DNA from: Leptospira biflexa
Lineage (GTDB): Bacteria > Spirochaetota > DYNZ01
Assembly: GCA_020720805.1 (NCBI GenBank)
Contig: DYNZ01000004.1
Coordinates: forward strand, 19,103 to 83,102
DNA: 64,000 nucleotides
Reading direction: 5' to 3'
The translations under genes were made by a program, and so were the position numbers. Below the pieces are notes generated by a model. It was given only the letters and a program-made list of their open reading frames with translations, was not told the DNA's origin and made no database searches. Positions within the stretch are counted from its first letter, which is position 1; each line of letters opens with the position of its first letter. Shown piece by piece: positions 18,539 through 28,453 of the stretch.

Positions 18539-20124
18539 ATCTTATTGCTGGAATTTTTGTCCTCAGTTTAAGTATTCTCATTCATGAACTGGGTCATTTG
18601 TTATTTGGCAGATTGGTCGGAATTCGCGCCCGGGTTTTTTCCTTTGGTTATGGCAAGGGAATCTTAAAAAAAACAATCGGTGATACAACCTACCAGATTA
18701 CTGCGATACCGCTGGGGGGATATGTTCAATTTTACGGAGATGATATTACCCAACGCGACCAGGCCAAACCAGGTGATTTTTTTTATGTCGGGCCATTGAA
18801 AAGAATCATTCCCGTAATTGGCGGTCCCCTCATGAATTTGGTACTTGGATTGATTATTTTCGCTTTTTTTAATTTTGTGGGAAGTGAGAAGCCTTCATCT
18901 AGGATTTTTGTTCCCAGGGAGACAGCCATCCCCGACAAACAAACCGGTTTGATGAAAAAAATTGAAAGTCCAGCTTACAAGGCAGGACTTCGTAACGGCG
19001 ATAAAATCGTTGAAATCAATGGAAAAAAGATTTCAACCTATGCAGATATGAAAGCCGCAGTTATTTTTAACTCAAGCAAGATGATGGATGTCACATTCAT
19101 TAGGGATGGTAAGGAGCGAACAGTTAAGGTGGAATCGATTATCCCCAATGAAGGAGATTTTCCAATTATTGGAGTACAGCCTTATTTTTATTTTGGAATT
19201 CAAAAAATTATTCCGTCAGGGCCAGCATTTCATAGCGGATTTTTAGAAAAGGATATTATCGTTTCTATAGACGGAATCGTTCATAACTCCTTAGAAGAGA
19301 TGATTCGGTATTTGCAACAGAAGCAAATCGGCAAAGTGAAGATAGAAATCGAGAGATCTGGTAAAAGATTAACAAGGGAACTCATTCTTGAATCCAAAAA
19401 TAAAATAATTTTTCAGAATCCTGTTTTGTCCTCTGTTCCAGGATTTTCTTTGGATAATCAATCGATTATTTATTCAGATAGCCTTGCCAGTGCCATTAAC
19501 AAAAAAATAATAAAAATTAATGGCAATATCGTAGCAAATGAAGCTGATTTGCAGAAAATTATCCAGGCGAATCGCGGTAAAAAGGTTTCTATTGAAACGG
19601 GAGCAGGTCAATACACTGTGGTTTTATCATCTGAAAAAATTAATTTTGCAGGAATCTCGTTCCAGATAGCAAAGGTTGATTCTGAAATGGTCAAATATGG
19701 CATCATGGCATCGATCGGTATGGCTTTTATAGATGCATGGGATTTTGTTATCCTGAATTTGAAAGGAATAAAGAAATTATTTTCAGGAGAATTGTCCGTT
19801 CAAGAGAATTTATCTGGCCCAATCCGAATCGCCAAAATGGCCGGTGATGTTGCCGAGCACGGATGGGGGCCGTTATTTCTATTTCTGGCTCAAATCTCGG
19901 TTGTACTCATGATTATGAACCTATTGCCCATTCCTGTTGTGGATGGGGGACATATTCTGTTTTTTCTGGTTGAGGCCGCAATGGGAAAACCTCTGAACCA
20001 GAAATTGCAGGAAAAAATAATGGGTTTTGGAGTATTCTTTTTAATTTCGCTTGGTGTATATGTCATATTCAATGACATATTATCCCTAGAATTTATTAAA
20101 AATATTATTCACCTGTTTGGATAG
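18535..20124 (+). CDS. rseP: RIP zinc metalloprotease RseP (site-2 protease) with tandem PDZ domains.
   Basis: HELGHLLFGR HExxH motif in TM1, a PDZ-rich middle, and a C-terminal LLPIPVVDGGHI motif. It is 529 aa, longer than the typical ~450 aa. Confidence 0.85.
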   Translation: MNLIAGIFVLSLSILIHELGHLLFGRLVGIRARVFSFGYGKGILKKTIGDTTYQITAIPLGGYVQFYGDDITQRDQAKPGDFFYVGPLKRIIPVIGGPLMNLVLGLIIFAFFNFVGSEKPSSRIFVPRETAIPDKQTGLMKKIESPAYKAGLRNGDKIVEINGKKISTYADMKAAVIFNSSKMMDVTFIRDGKERTVKVESIIPNEGDFPIIGVQPYFYFGIQKIIPSGPAFHSGFLEKDIIVSIDGIVHNSLEEMIRYLQQKQIGKVKIEIERSGKRLTRELILESKNKIIFQNPVLSSVPGFSLDNQSIIYSDSLASAINKKIIKINGNIVANEADLQKIIQANRGKKVSIETGAGQYTVVLSSEKINFAGISFQIAKVDSEMVKYGIMASIGMAFIDAWDFVILNLKGIKKLFSGELSVQENLSGPIRIAKMAGDVAEHGWGPLFLFLAQISVVLMIMNLLPIPVVDGGHILFFLVEAAMGKPLNQKLQEKIMGFGVFFLISLGVYVIFNDILSLEFIKNIIHLFG

Positions 20125-20137
20125 AAAGGAACTGGGA

Positions 20138-21871
20138 ATGAGGTGGTCTGAATATTTACTTCCTACTCTTAAGGAGGATCCGGCAGATGCGCAGATTGCG
20201 TCTCACCGTCTGATGATTCGAGCTGGATTGATACGCAAGGAGGCAACGGGAATTTATAGTTATTTGCCTGCTGGTTTTAAGGTATTACGAAAGATTGAAA
20301 ATATTATTCAGGAAGAGATGGATCGAAGTGGAGCTTACCGTGTTATGCTTCCCATCTTAACCAGTGCCCATCTATGGCAGAAGTCGGGTCGGTGGAATGT
20401 CATGGGAAAGGAGATGGTTCGTCTAAAAGACCGGCACGAAAATGATTACGCCTTAGGGCCCACCCATGAAGAATCCATAACAAATATGGTGGGTCAAACC
20501 ACATTTTCTTACCGTGACTTACCGTTAAATCTATACCAGATGCATACGAAGTTCAGAGATGAAATCCGTCCGCGTTTTGGCGTTATGCGAAGTCGTGAAT
20601 TTATAATGAAAGACGCTTATTCATTTGCTATGGACGAAGCCGGTCTTGACAAGCATTACCAGCAGATGCGTAAAACATATAGAAATATATTTTTACGGGT
20701 TGGTCTCGAAACGATACCCGTGCAGGCCGATGTAGGAGCCATGGGAGGGTCAGCCTCTGAAGAGTTTATGATACTTTCATCTATTGGTGAGGAGATCATT
20801 ATTCATTGCCCTTCTTGTCAGTATACCGCAAATCAGGAGGAAGCCAGAAGAAGATCGTTTGAAAAATCAGGTGGAATAAATGGAGACAGGCCGGCACGGG
20901 AGATAGTGGATACGCCATCGGTAAAATCGATTTCTGAATTGGTTCAGTTTTTTGGATTAACAGAAAAGGACTTTTTAAAGAGTGTTGTATATAACGCGGA
21001 TCAAAGAATTATAACTGTCTTTATCAGGGGTGATCTCGAGATCAATGAAATTAAGTTAAAAAATTATTTGAAGGCTCTTGATTTAGTAATGGCTCAAGAT
21101 GCTGAAATACGGGAAGAGCTGGATCAGGAGCCAGGTTTTATTGGTCCAATTCAAATTAAAGGCCATGTCTTGTTTGACCATTCTGTTCTGTCAATGGAGA
21201 ATGTCATTTGCGGGGCTGGTCATAAAGATCGGCATTATAAGAATGTAGTTGTAGGGCGGGATTTTGAAATAGCGGAATCGATAGACTTGCATAAGGTTCA
21301 GGAAGGTCATCCTTGTCCTGTTTGCGGACATGCGTTGATCGAAAAGCCCGGGATAGAACTTGGACATATTTTTAAGTTAGGAAAAAAATATACTCGCTCA
21401 ATGGGAGTAACGGTTCTTGATGAGAAAGGTAAGGAAGTGCAGCCATTGATGGGATGCTATGGTATTGGTGTGAATAGAACCATGGCAGCGGTCATAGAGC
21501 AGCATCACGATGATAATGGAATCCTCTGGCCAATATCCGTTGCACCGTTTGAAATTGGAGTGACATCATTTGCAAAGAAAGCTGATGAAATAACAAGATG
21601 TGACTCCTTTTACGAAACGTTACTTTCTGCTGGTTTTGATGTTTTGTATGATGATCGTCCATTGTCGCCAGGCATAAAATTTAAAGATATGGATTTAGTG
21701 GGAATACCAATTTCGCTTGTATTAGGAAAGAACTTTTTTCAGGATGGATCTATTGAAATCAGAGTCAATAGGGGCCAGAGCAAATACTTAGTAGCTTCGA
21801 AAGATGCTATTGCTACTATTCAGAAAATCAGGAGTGAAATGTTTCAATCTCTGAGAAAAATCATAGAATAG
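20138..21871 (+). CDS. proS: Proline--tRNA ligase, bacterial type with an editing domain.
   Basis: MRWSEYLLPTLKE N-terminus typical of ProRS, plus class II aaRS motifs. ATG at 20138 is preferred over the in-frame GTG at 20117 because an AAAGGAA RBS lies upstream. Confidence 0.9.
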   Translation: MRWSEYLLPTLKEDPADAQIASHRLMIRAGLIRKEATGIYSYLPAGFKVLRKIENIIQEEMDRSGAYRVMLPILTSAHLWQKSGRWNVMGKEMVRLKDRHENDYALGPTHEESITNMVGQTTFSYRDLPLNLYQMHTKFRDEIRPRFGVMRSREFIMKDAYSFAMDEAGLDKHYQQMRKTYRNIFLRVGLETIPVQADVGAMGGSASEEFMILSSIGEEIIIHCPSCQYTANQEEARRRSFEKSGGINGDRPAREIVDTPSVKSISELVQFFGLTEKDFLKSVVYNADQRIITVFIRGDLEINEIKLKNYLKALDLVMAQDAEIREELDQEPGFIGPIQIKGHVLFDHSVLSMENVICGAGHKDRHYKNVVVGRDFEIAESIDLHKVQEGHPCPVCGHALIEKPGIELGHIFKLGKKYTRSMGVTVLDEKGKEVQPLMGCYGIGVNRTMAAVIEQHHDDNGILWPISVAPFEIGVTSFAKKADEITRCDSFYETLLSAGFDVLYDDRPLSPGIKFKDMDLVGIPISLVLGKNFFQDGSIEIRVNRGQSKYLVASKDAIATIQKIRSEMFQSLRKIIE

Positions 21872-21889
21872 AGGTTTATTGTATTTTGT

Positions 21890-21912
21890 ATGGCAACAGA
21901 TGCCATTTTTAT
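21890..21912 (+). terminator. Candidate intrinsic terminator after proS.
   Basis: Stem atggca, loop acaga, stem tgccat, followed by ttttatgttt. Confidence 0.4.
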
Positions 21913-21952
21913 GTTTCCAGGTAATTATTGTATTGACATATAGTATGGTGTC

Positions 21953-22819
21953 ATGATCTATGATTATATGTCGAAAAGAGAGTGGTGTCCCACTCTCTTT
22001 TTTTTGCAAAAAGGAATTTACTATTTGGAAAATCGAGAGGAAATAGAGAATTTAATCATTAACGCGTGCAGTCAAAATCAGCTGGTTCTTGATGATTTGC
22101 GGATAGTTCCTTTAAAAGGAAAGGTGCATATTGAGGTTCGGGTTGAAAAGCGTTTAGCCTGGGAATGGTTTTTGCAAAATCAGGAAATTCCTTTGCATCG
22201 TTATGCTATAGAAGAGCAGTTTGCACTGCGAATATCGCTGGAAGAGTGTGAAATTTTATCATCGGCGATCAATTTGCAGATGGATCAGAGATTTCCGGAC
22301 TTGGATTATGAGCTTGAAGTTAGTTCTCCAGGCCTGTTTCGGGAATTTCGATTTTGGGGCGAATTATTCCTGTTTCGTAACCATTATATTCAATGGAAAA
22401 CTGAAAAAGGGAGTTATCGCGGTTTTTTTCTTGGTTTGGAAGGAATAGAATCACAAAATTTTTTGATCAATCAATTTCCAGAATTGCTAAAAAATCGTTT
22501 TTCTGCGCCTAAAAATCAACTCTCTTTTTGTGGCAATGGGGTGCATTATGAGAATAGATTTTTATTTGTCGAGATTTTGCAGAAGGGCTTATTGAAAAAG
22601 GAAGCCTCTCTGTTAACTGAGATGCTAAAGGCGCTTAGGGAAAAAATAGCAGATAAAGAGTCCTCCCTGGCATTGCTGGAAAATAGAGACATCTTTACTG
22701 CAGAAAAAAATGTCGTTCATGGCGCGCATTTCAAGAAAATTGCCCAAAAGGTTAAAATATTTGCTTGTGCATATCATGAATTAAAAAGAGTAAACTTGGA
22801 ATATATTTTAAGTACATAA
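21953..22819 (+). CDS. rimP: RimP-like ribosome maturation factor with a C-terminal extension of about 130 aa.
   Basis: It occupies the conserved position immediately upstream of nusA. The RimP core motif LEVSSPGL is present. It is 288 aa against ~150 aa for canonical RimP. Confidence 0.6.
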   Translation: MIYDYMSKREWCPTLFFLQKGIYYLENREEIENLIINACSQNQLVLDDLRIVPLKGKVHIEVRVEKRLAWEWFLQNQEIPLHRYAIEEQFALRISLEECEILSSAINLQMDQRFPDLDYELEVSSPGLFREFRFWGELFLFRNHYIQWKTEKGSYRGFFLGLEGIESQNFLINQFPELLKNRFSAPKNQLSFCGNGVHYENRFLFVEILQKGLLKKEASLLTEMLKALREKIADKESSLALLENRDIFTAEKNVVHGAHFKKIAQKVKIFACAYHELKRVNLEYILST

Positions 22820-22894
22820 ATACTCCTGAAAAATGGATATAAAAATTGCTCCGGAATGGTCGGAATTATTAGAAATGAGGACGGTAAAGGTAAG

Positions 22895-24244
22895 ATGTCT
22901 GTAAATAGTGTTTTTGAAGCAGTGCATCAGTTGATTTCAGATAAGGGATTGGACAGAGAAAAAGTGGTCGATGTTGTTCAGCAAGCTCTGTTGTCAGCCT
23001 ATAGAAAAAAATATGGAAATAATTCCAATGTAGAGGCAATTTTTGATAAAGAATCAGAAACAATTAAGGTTTTGGTTCGCAAATTTGTCGTAAAAAGCAT
23101 AGAGAACGACCAAACCCAGATTTGTATTACGGAAGCTCAAAAATTAAATCCAGATGCCCAACTTGGAGATGAAATTCCGATAGAAGAGGATCTAAGCAAA
23201 ATGGGTCGTATCGCTGCTCAGACCGCCCGTCAGGTGGTTATCCAACGCCTTAAAGAGCTTGAAAAGGATATGATCTATCGTGAGTACAAAGATAAAGAAG
23301 GGGATTTGATAAACGGTTATTTTCAACGGATTCATCGGAATAATATCTTTGTAGATTTGGGAAAGACAGAGGGTATGTTACCTCCAAGCGAACGGCTTTC
23401 AAAAGAGAAGTATCGCCCGGGCGATAGAGTAAAGGCTCTCATCTTGGAGGTTCGCAATTCCGCTAAGGGTCCTCAGGTTATTTTATCGAGAAATCATGTA
23501 AATTTTGTAAAAAAACTATTTGAACTTGAGATTCCTGAGATTTATGACGGTATTGTTGAGATTGTGCGAATCGTCCGGGAGCCAGGGTATCGAACAAAAG
23601 TGGCTGTTATGTCTGCCCGGGATGATATAGATCCAGTGGGCGCATGCGTAGGTATGAAGGGTATGAGAATTCAGTCTATTGTTCGGGAAATAGATAATGA
23701 AAAAATTGATATTGTGGAATATACTGAAAATCCCATTCAGTTTGTGACTAAAGCTCTACAGCCGGCAAAAATTAAGGAAGTGATTCTTGTCGATAAAGAA
23801 AACGCTCTGGCCGTAGTCGCAGAGGATCAATTATCTCTGGCAATCGGTAAAGCAGGTTCCAATGCAAAACTTGCATCAAAATTGACAGGCATTGCAATCG
23901 ATATTAAAAATGATACCCAATATCAGGAATACCTTGAAATCCGTATGGAAGAGTCACGCAAGAGGGCGAATGAACTCTTCAAGGATAAAGAGGATCATGG
24001 TGTTGTTGTTGAGCATGAGGAGATTGAAGAGGAGTTTGAGGGCACACCATTGGATCAGTTGGAAGGTTTAACCGACAGATTGTTGGCAGCATTGCAAGAA
24101 GCAAACATTTCAACAGTAGAAGAGTTGCTGGAGATGACTCTGGAAGATTTAACAGCAATCAAAGGAATCGGGTTAAAAACAGCAGAGCAGATCCAGTCCG
24201 TGCTTGCAGAAAATATTGTTCTCGAAGAAGTTGACGAAGATTAG
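22895..24244 (+). CDS. nusA: Transcription termination/antitermination factor NusA with an acidic C-terminal repeat region.
   Basis: N-terminal FEAV..L..KGL....V......AL..AY motif, S1 and KH regions, acidic tail. ATG 22895 is preferred over the upstream in-frame 22856 start. Confidence 0.9.
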   Translation: MSVNSVFEAVHQLISDKGLDREKVVDVVQQALLSAYRKKYGNNSNVEAIFDKESETIKVLVRKFVVKSIENDQTQICITEAQKLNPDAQLGDEIPIEEDLSKMGRIAAQTARQVVIQRLKELEKDMIYREYKDKEGDLINGYFQRIHRNNIFVDLGKTEGMLPPSERLSKEKYRPGDRVKALILEVRNSAKGPQVILSRNHVNFVKKLFELEIPEIYDGIVEIVRIVREPGYRTKVAVMSARDDIDPVGACVGMKGMRIQSIVREIDNEKIDIVEYTENPIQFVTKALQPAKIKEVILVDKENALAVVAEDQLSLAIGKAGSNAKLASKLTGIAIDIKNDTQYQEYLEIRMEESRKRANELFKDKEDHGVVVEHEEIEEEFEGTPLDQLEGLTDRLLAALQEANISTVEELLEMTLEDLTAIKGIGLKTAEQIQSVLAENIVLEEVDED

Positions 24245-24292
24245 AGAAGCAATTTTTATTTTAATGAATTCAATACAAAAAGCGTAGATTAT

Positions 24293-26725
24293 ATGTCCAT
24301 TGAAAATGATTTTGATAAACAGAAGAAAAATGTTCCCCTTAAGGATCTTTTAAAGAAAAAGAATACGAATCAGCCTTCTGAGGAAGAAAACCAATCATTA
24401 GTTTCGAACCGGAAAAAGATTGTTATTAAGAAGTTAAAGGTTGTTCTAAAAAAATCAGATTCTAGCGAGAATTCTACCCGTGATAGCGGTGAAGCCGGGG
24501 GTTCTTCTGGCTCTGGTTCCGTGAAATTGGTATCATCCTTTGATAGTGGACAGAGCAAAAGAGGACCTGTTAAAAATGAGGTTTCGTTGGGTATTAAAAA
24601 GAGTACCGATGAAGCGAAAATTCAGGAGAGCATTCAAAAAAGTATAGCCGCCCATAAAGAGCGGCGTGAGGCAGAGACTCGCCAAGCCGAGCTGGATAAG
24701 CTCAAGGCGGTTGAGCGGGAGAATAGTGCAAGAAATGCAGAAAAGAGCGCCCCAACAAGCCCAGTATTAAAAGAAAAAAGCGAAACAGTAGTAAAGCCAG
24801 CGGAGTCAACTGGATCTGATTTCAAGAAAAAGAAAAACAAGGATCGTCGAGACCAAAAAAAGGAGAACTGGGGTTCCAAGAAAGAGAAAGAGGGTGAAGA
24901 AAAACTGGATAAGGTGATCGTGTTTCAAGGTAAACATCGGGAACCTCAGCAGCCCAAAGTACCTATCCTGCCAAAGCAGATTGAAATCCTGGAGACCATT
25001 ACCGTTGGTGATCTTGCCAAGAAGATGAATCTCAAAGCCAGTGATATCATTGGAAAGTTGATGAAACTTGGTATGATGACTACAATTAACCAGGTACTGG
25101 ATTCTGACACCGCAACCCTGGTTGCGACTGAGTATGGTATGGATGTTCGCATCGTCAGTCTTTATGAAGAAACCATCATTGAGCATACACGTATAGACCG
25201 CCCAGAGGATCATTCGGAACGACCACCCGTAATTACAATCATGGGACACGTTGATCATGGAAAAACAAAGCTGCTGGATGCTATCCGTGAGTCCAATGTC
25301 GTGCAAGGGGAAGCTGGAGGCATTACACAGCATATTGGCGCTTACCAGGTGAAAATTCAGGGTAAAAGAGTTACATTTTTAGATACTCCGGGACACGAGG
25401 CTTTTACGCTAATGCGCTCACGAGGAGCCCAGGTTACAGATATCGTTGTTCTGGTTGTAGCTGCGGACGACGGGGTTATGCCTCAAACAATGGAGGCTAT
25501 TAACCATGCCCGCGATGCAAAAGTGCCCATTATCGTTGCTATCAATAAAATAGATCTTGAAACTGCAAATCCGGAGCGAATCAAAAAGGAATTGAGCGCC
25601 TATGATTTAACTCCAGAAGATTGGGGTGGGCAGACAATCTATGTGGAGCTTTCGGCTAAGAATAAAACGAATATCGATACGTTAATAGAGATGATTTTAT
25701 TGCAGGCTGAAGTTCTGGAATTGAGGGCAAATTCTTCGATTCACGCCAAGGGAACCATCATTGAAGCGAAACTGGATCAGGGGCGTGGTCCTGTCGCCAC
25801 GGTGTTGATCCAGCATGGAACCTTGCGCATTGGCGATCCTTTCGTGGCTGGGGTCTATTTTGGTAAGGTTCGAGCCATATTTAATGATATTGGAGATAAA
25901 ATTGAGATAGCCGGACCCGCTGATCCCGTGGAAATAATTGGATTAAACGGTGTGCCTGACGCAGGAGACCCGTTTGAGTCCGTTGAAAATGAGCGCTATG
26001 CCAAGCAGATAGCACAGAAGCGGCAGGAATTGAAACGACATGAAGAGAGTAAGCGCGTTCAAAAGATAACCTTAGAGCATTTGAACCAGATGATTGCCAA
26101 AGGTGATGTCAAGGAGCTTAAGATTATCATCAAAGCGGATGTTCGCGGTAGTGCGGAAGCCCTACGTGATTCTTTGCAGAATCTTTCAAACGACCAGGTT
26201 ACAGTGCAGGTGATTCATGCGGGTACAGGTGCCATCAATGAGTCTGATGTACTTTTAGCTGCAACATCGAATGCAATTATCATAGGATTCCATGTTCGGC
26301 CAAATAGTAAAGCTGCGGATCTAGCGTCCAAAGAGAATGTGGATATGAAGTTCTACAATATTATTTATAATGTTGTAGATGATATTCGCGGTGCTATGGA
26401 GGGATTGTTGGATCCAGAACTCCAGGAACAGGCTAACGGAAAAGGAGAGGTTCGCGAGACTTTCAAAATATCGAGAGTGGGCACAATTGCGGGAGCTTAT
26501 GTTCTCTCCGGCAAGATTGTCCGTTCGCATAAGGTGCGCTTAATCCGAGAGGGAGAGATTCTTTTTGATGGAGAATTTAAGTCTCTCAAGCGGTTTAAGG
26601 AGGATGTTAACGAAGTCAATGCTGGATTTGAATTTGGTTTCTTGTTGACCGGTTTCAATGATATTCAAGCAGGAGACTCCTTCGAGACCTACGAGATTAA
26701 AGAGGTAAAACAGGTTTTGAATTAA
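24293..26725 (+). CDS. infB: Translation initiation factor IF-2.
   Basis: Low-complexity K/E-rich N-terminus, then a GTPase domain [17 protein letters not shown]...DTPGHEAF...NKID. Confidence 0.95.
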   Translation: MSIENDFDKQKKNVPLKDLLKKKNTNQPSEEENQSLVSNRKKIVIKKLKVVLKKSDSSENSTRDSGEAGGSSGSGSVKLVSSFDSGQSKRGPVKNEVSLGIKKSTDEAKIQESIQKSIAAHKERREAETRQAELDKLKAVERENSARNAEKSAPTSPVLKEKSETVVKPAESTGSDFKKKKNKDRRDQKKENWGSKKEKEGEEKLDKVIVFQGKHREPQQPKVPILPKQIEILETITVGDLAKKMNLKASDIIGKLMKLGMMTTINQVLDSDTATLVATEYGMDVRIVSLYEETIIEHTRIDRPEDHSERPPVITIMGHVDHGKTKLLDAIRESNVVQGEAGGITQHIGAYQVKIQGKRVTFLDTPGHEAFTLMRSRGAQVTDIVVLVVAADDGVMPQTMEAINHARDAKVPIIVAINKIDLETANPERIKKELSAYDLTPEDWGGQTIYVELSAKNKTNIDTLIEMILLQAEVLELRANSSIHAKGTIIEAKLDQGRGPVATVLIQHGTLRIGDPFVAGVYFGKVRAIFNDIGDKIEIAGPADPVEIIGLNGVPDAGDPFESVENERYAKQIAQKRQELKRHEESKRVQKITLEHLNQMIAKGDVKELKIIIKADVRGSAEALRDSLQNLSNDQVTVQVIHAGTGAINESDVLLAATSNAIIIGFHVRPNSKAADLASKENVDMKFYNIIYNVVDDIRGAMEGLLDPELQEQANGKGEVRETFKISRVGTIAGAYVLSGKIVRSHKVRLIREGEILFDGEFKSLKRFKEDVNEVNAGFEFGFLLTGFNDIQAGDSFETYEIKEVKQVLN

Positions 26726-26726
26726 T

Positions 26727-27095
26727 ATGGCCGCGCCGAGACGAGTAGAAAAAATACAATCTTTGATTCAACGAGAGATCAGTTCCTATCTCATCAAGGA
26801 GATTCAAAATCCACACATTGGATTTGTTACGATTCTTAGGGTAGAGATGAATCGGGATTTAACGGTAGCTAAGGTTTTTGTATCATTTTTCGGCGATGAG
26901 AAATTAAAAAATCAAAGCTACAAAGCATTGCGATCTACAGAGAAATATGTTCAGTTTCTACTTGGTAGAAATTTAACCATGAAAAATACGCCATTAGTTC
27001 ATTTTGTCTTATCGGACGCTTTGGAAGCAGGGGACAATATGAGCGAAAAGCTTTCCCAGCTTGAGAGTAACCCCTTGTCAAAAGATGAAATGTAA
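26727..27095 (+). CDS. rbfA: Ribosome-binding factor A.
   Basis: RVEKIQSLIQREIS motif. The start lies 1 nt after the infB stop. Confidence 0.9.
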   Translation: MAAPRRVEKIQSLIQREISSYLIKEIQNPHIGFVTILRVEMNRDLTVAKVFVSFFGDEKLKNQSYKALRSTEKYVQFLLGRNLTMKNTPLVHFVLSDALEAGDNMSEKLSQLESNPLSKDEM

Positions 27096-27109
27096 GGATT
27101 GAATGGTTT

Positions 27110-28105
27110 ATGTTCATTCAAGATGGTGTCTTTCTTGTTAACAAGAGAGCAGGAAGAACATCAAACCAGGAGCTGACCGCGCTTAAAAAGAGGCTTAATG
27201 TCAAAAAGATGGGTCACGCCGGCACTCTTGATAAATTTGCCTCTGGATTGATGGTGATCGCAACAGGAAAATATACTAAATTGTTGGATATCTTTCTTAA
27301 ATTTCCCAAATGGTATTTTTTTGAAGTCGATTTTACGAAGATTACAGAAACCCTTGATCCTGAAGGTGAAACAGTTGAATCCTTTGCTGGAGAGTTATCG
27401 AGGAATCAGGTCGCGGATCTTTTGCCCGCATTCCAGGGGAAGATTCACCAGACTCCACCGCTCTATTCAGCCTTAAAAGTACATGGCCGCAGGTTATCAG
27501 ATTGCGCCCGATTGCAAGCAAAAGGGGTGGTTGTTTCCATACCAGAAATCGCGTCGAGAGAGATCGAGATATATCGATTGCGTCTATACCCAAAATCTGT
27601 CAGCCAATTTGTGGTGCATTGCTCGTCCGGTACCTATGTGCGATCTCTGGCGCGTGACATTGGACAAAGGGCTGGTATGGGTGGAACGACCATCCGTTTG
27701 TGTCGAACGCGGATTGGCTCCTGGCATTATAAAAGGGGGGTTCGCTCAGAGGATGTTGGGTCAGATCCCCAGAGCCTGGAGATAGCCAGGTTGGGGGCGG
27801 CAGACTTTCGTAAGCTTGGTTGCACCGCCACAATTGACAATAGCAATCGGAGTTTGTTAACTCAAGGGAGGGTTCCGCAGATTGAAGGGTTGCAAAATAT
27901 TCAAAGTGGAGGGTTGCTGCCCTTGCTATTTGTGTTTGATACAGATCAGCGTCTAGTTGCTTTTTCCTGGCTTCAAGATATGGAGAAGGAGCAGAGATCT
28001 GCCGCTATCGATCAGAACCGTATGAATAGGCGAATCCTACAAAAAAGTAATTGCCAAAATATCGACCTTTCCAGGTTGTTTACAAAATGGAAGATTCTAA
28101 TATAA
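27110..28105 (+). CDS. truB: tRNA pseudouridine(55) synthase with a C-terminal extension.
   Basis: [12 protein letters not shown] catalytic Asp motif in the N-terminal TruB fold. 331 aa. Confidence 0.85.
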   Translation: MFIQDGVFLVNKRAGRTSNQELTALKKRLNVKKMGHAGTLDKFASGLMVIATGKYTKLLDIFLKFPKWYFFEVDFTKITETLDPEGETVESFAGELSRNQVADLLPAFQGKIHQTPPLYSALKVHGRRLSDCARLQAKGVVVSIPEIASREIEIYRLRLYPKSVSQFVVHCSSGTYVRSLARDIGQRAGMGGTTIRLCRTRIGSWHYKRGVRSEDVGSDPQSLEIARLGAADFRKLGCTATIDNSNRSLLTQGRVPQIEGLQNIQSGGLLPLLFVFDTDQRLVAFSWLQDMEKEQRSAAIDQNRMNRRILQKSNCQNIDLSRLFTKWKILI

Positions 28106-28163
28106 AATTAGAAGTATATTGAGTTGTTTTTTTAGATTCATTAATGAAAGGGGAGGCAGCGCC

Positions 28164-28430
28164 TTGATCCAGGTAGAAGAAAAAAAAGGTATCATTGAAG
28201 GAAATAAGCTTCATGACAAAGATACAGGCTCGCCAGAGGTGCAAATTGCACTGATAACTGCGAGAATTAACGATTTAAATGACCATTTTAAGGTTCATAA
28301 AAAAGATTTTCATTCGCGTCGCGGTTTGTTGAAACTGGTAGGTCGCAGAAGAAGACTTCTTGATTATGTGAAGAAAAAAGATGTAGAACGATATCGCAGT
28401 ATCATAGGAAAATTAGGAATCAGAAAATAA
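28164..28430 (+). CDS. rpsO: 30S ribosomal protein S15.
   Basis: [12 protein letters not shown]...[27 protein letters not shown] at 28164 with a GGGAGG RBS gives the canonical 89 aa. The upstream 28119 ATG would add an atypical 15-aa extension. Confidence 0.9.
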   Translation: MIQVEEKKGIIEGNKLHDKDTGSPEVQIALITARINDLNDHFKVHKKDFHSRRGLLKLVGRRRRLLDYVKKKDVERYRSIIGKLGIRK

Positions 28431-28453
28431 ATCAGATAGGAAACGGTATTTGA

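Noticed and set aside
24806-25333. 175-aa ORF on the - strand inside infB. The same type also lies inside ftsK (35231-35623), the 53212 radical SAM gene (54228-54581), alaS (38043-38438), cysS (59004-59402) and comF (8954-9493).
   Set aside because: Each overlaps, fully antisense, a strongly supported conserved gene, and none has domain signatures. They are typical spurious ORFs.
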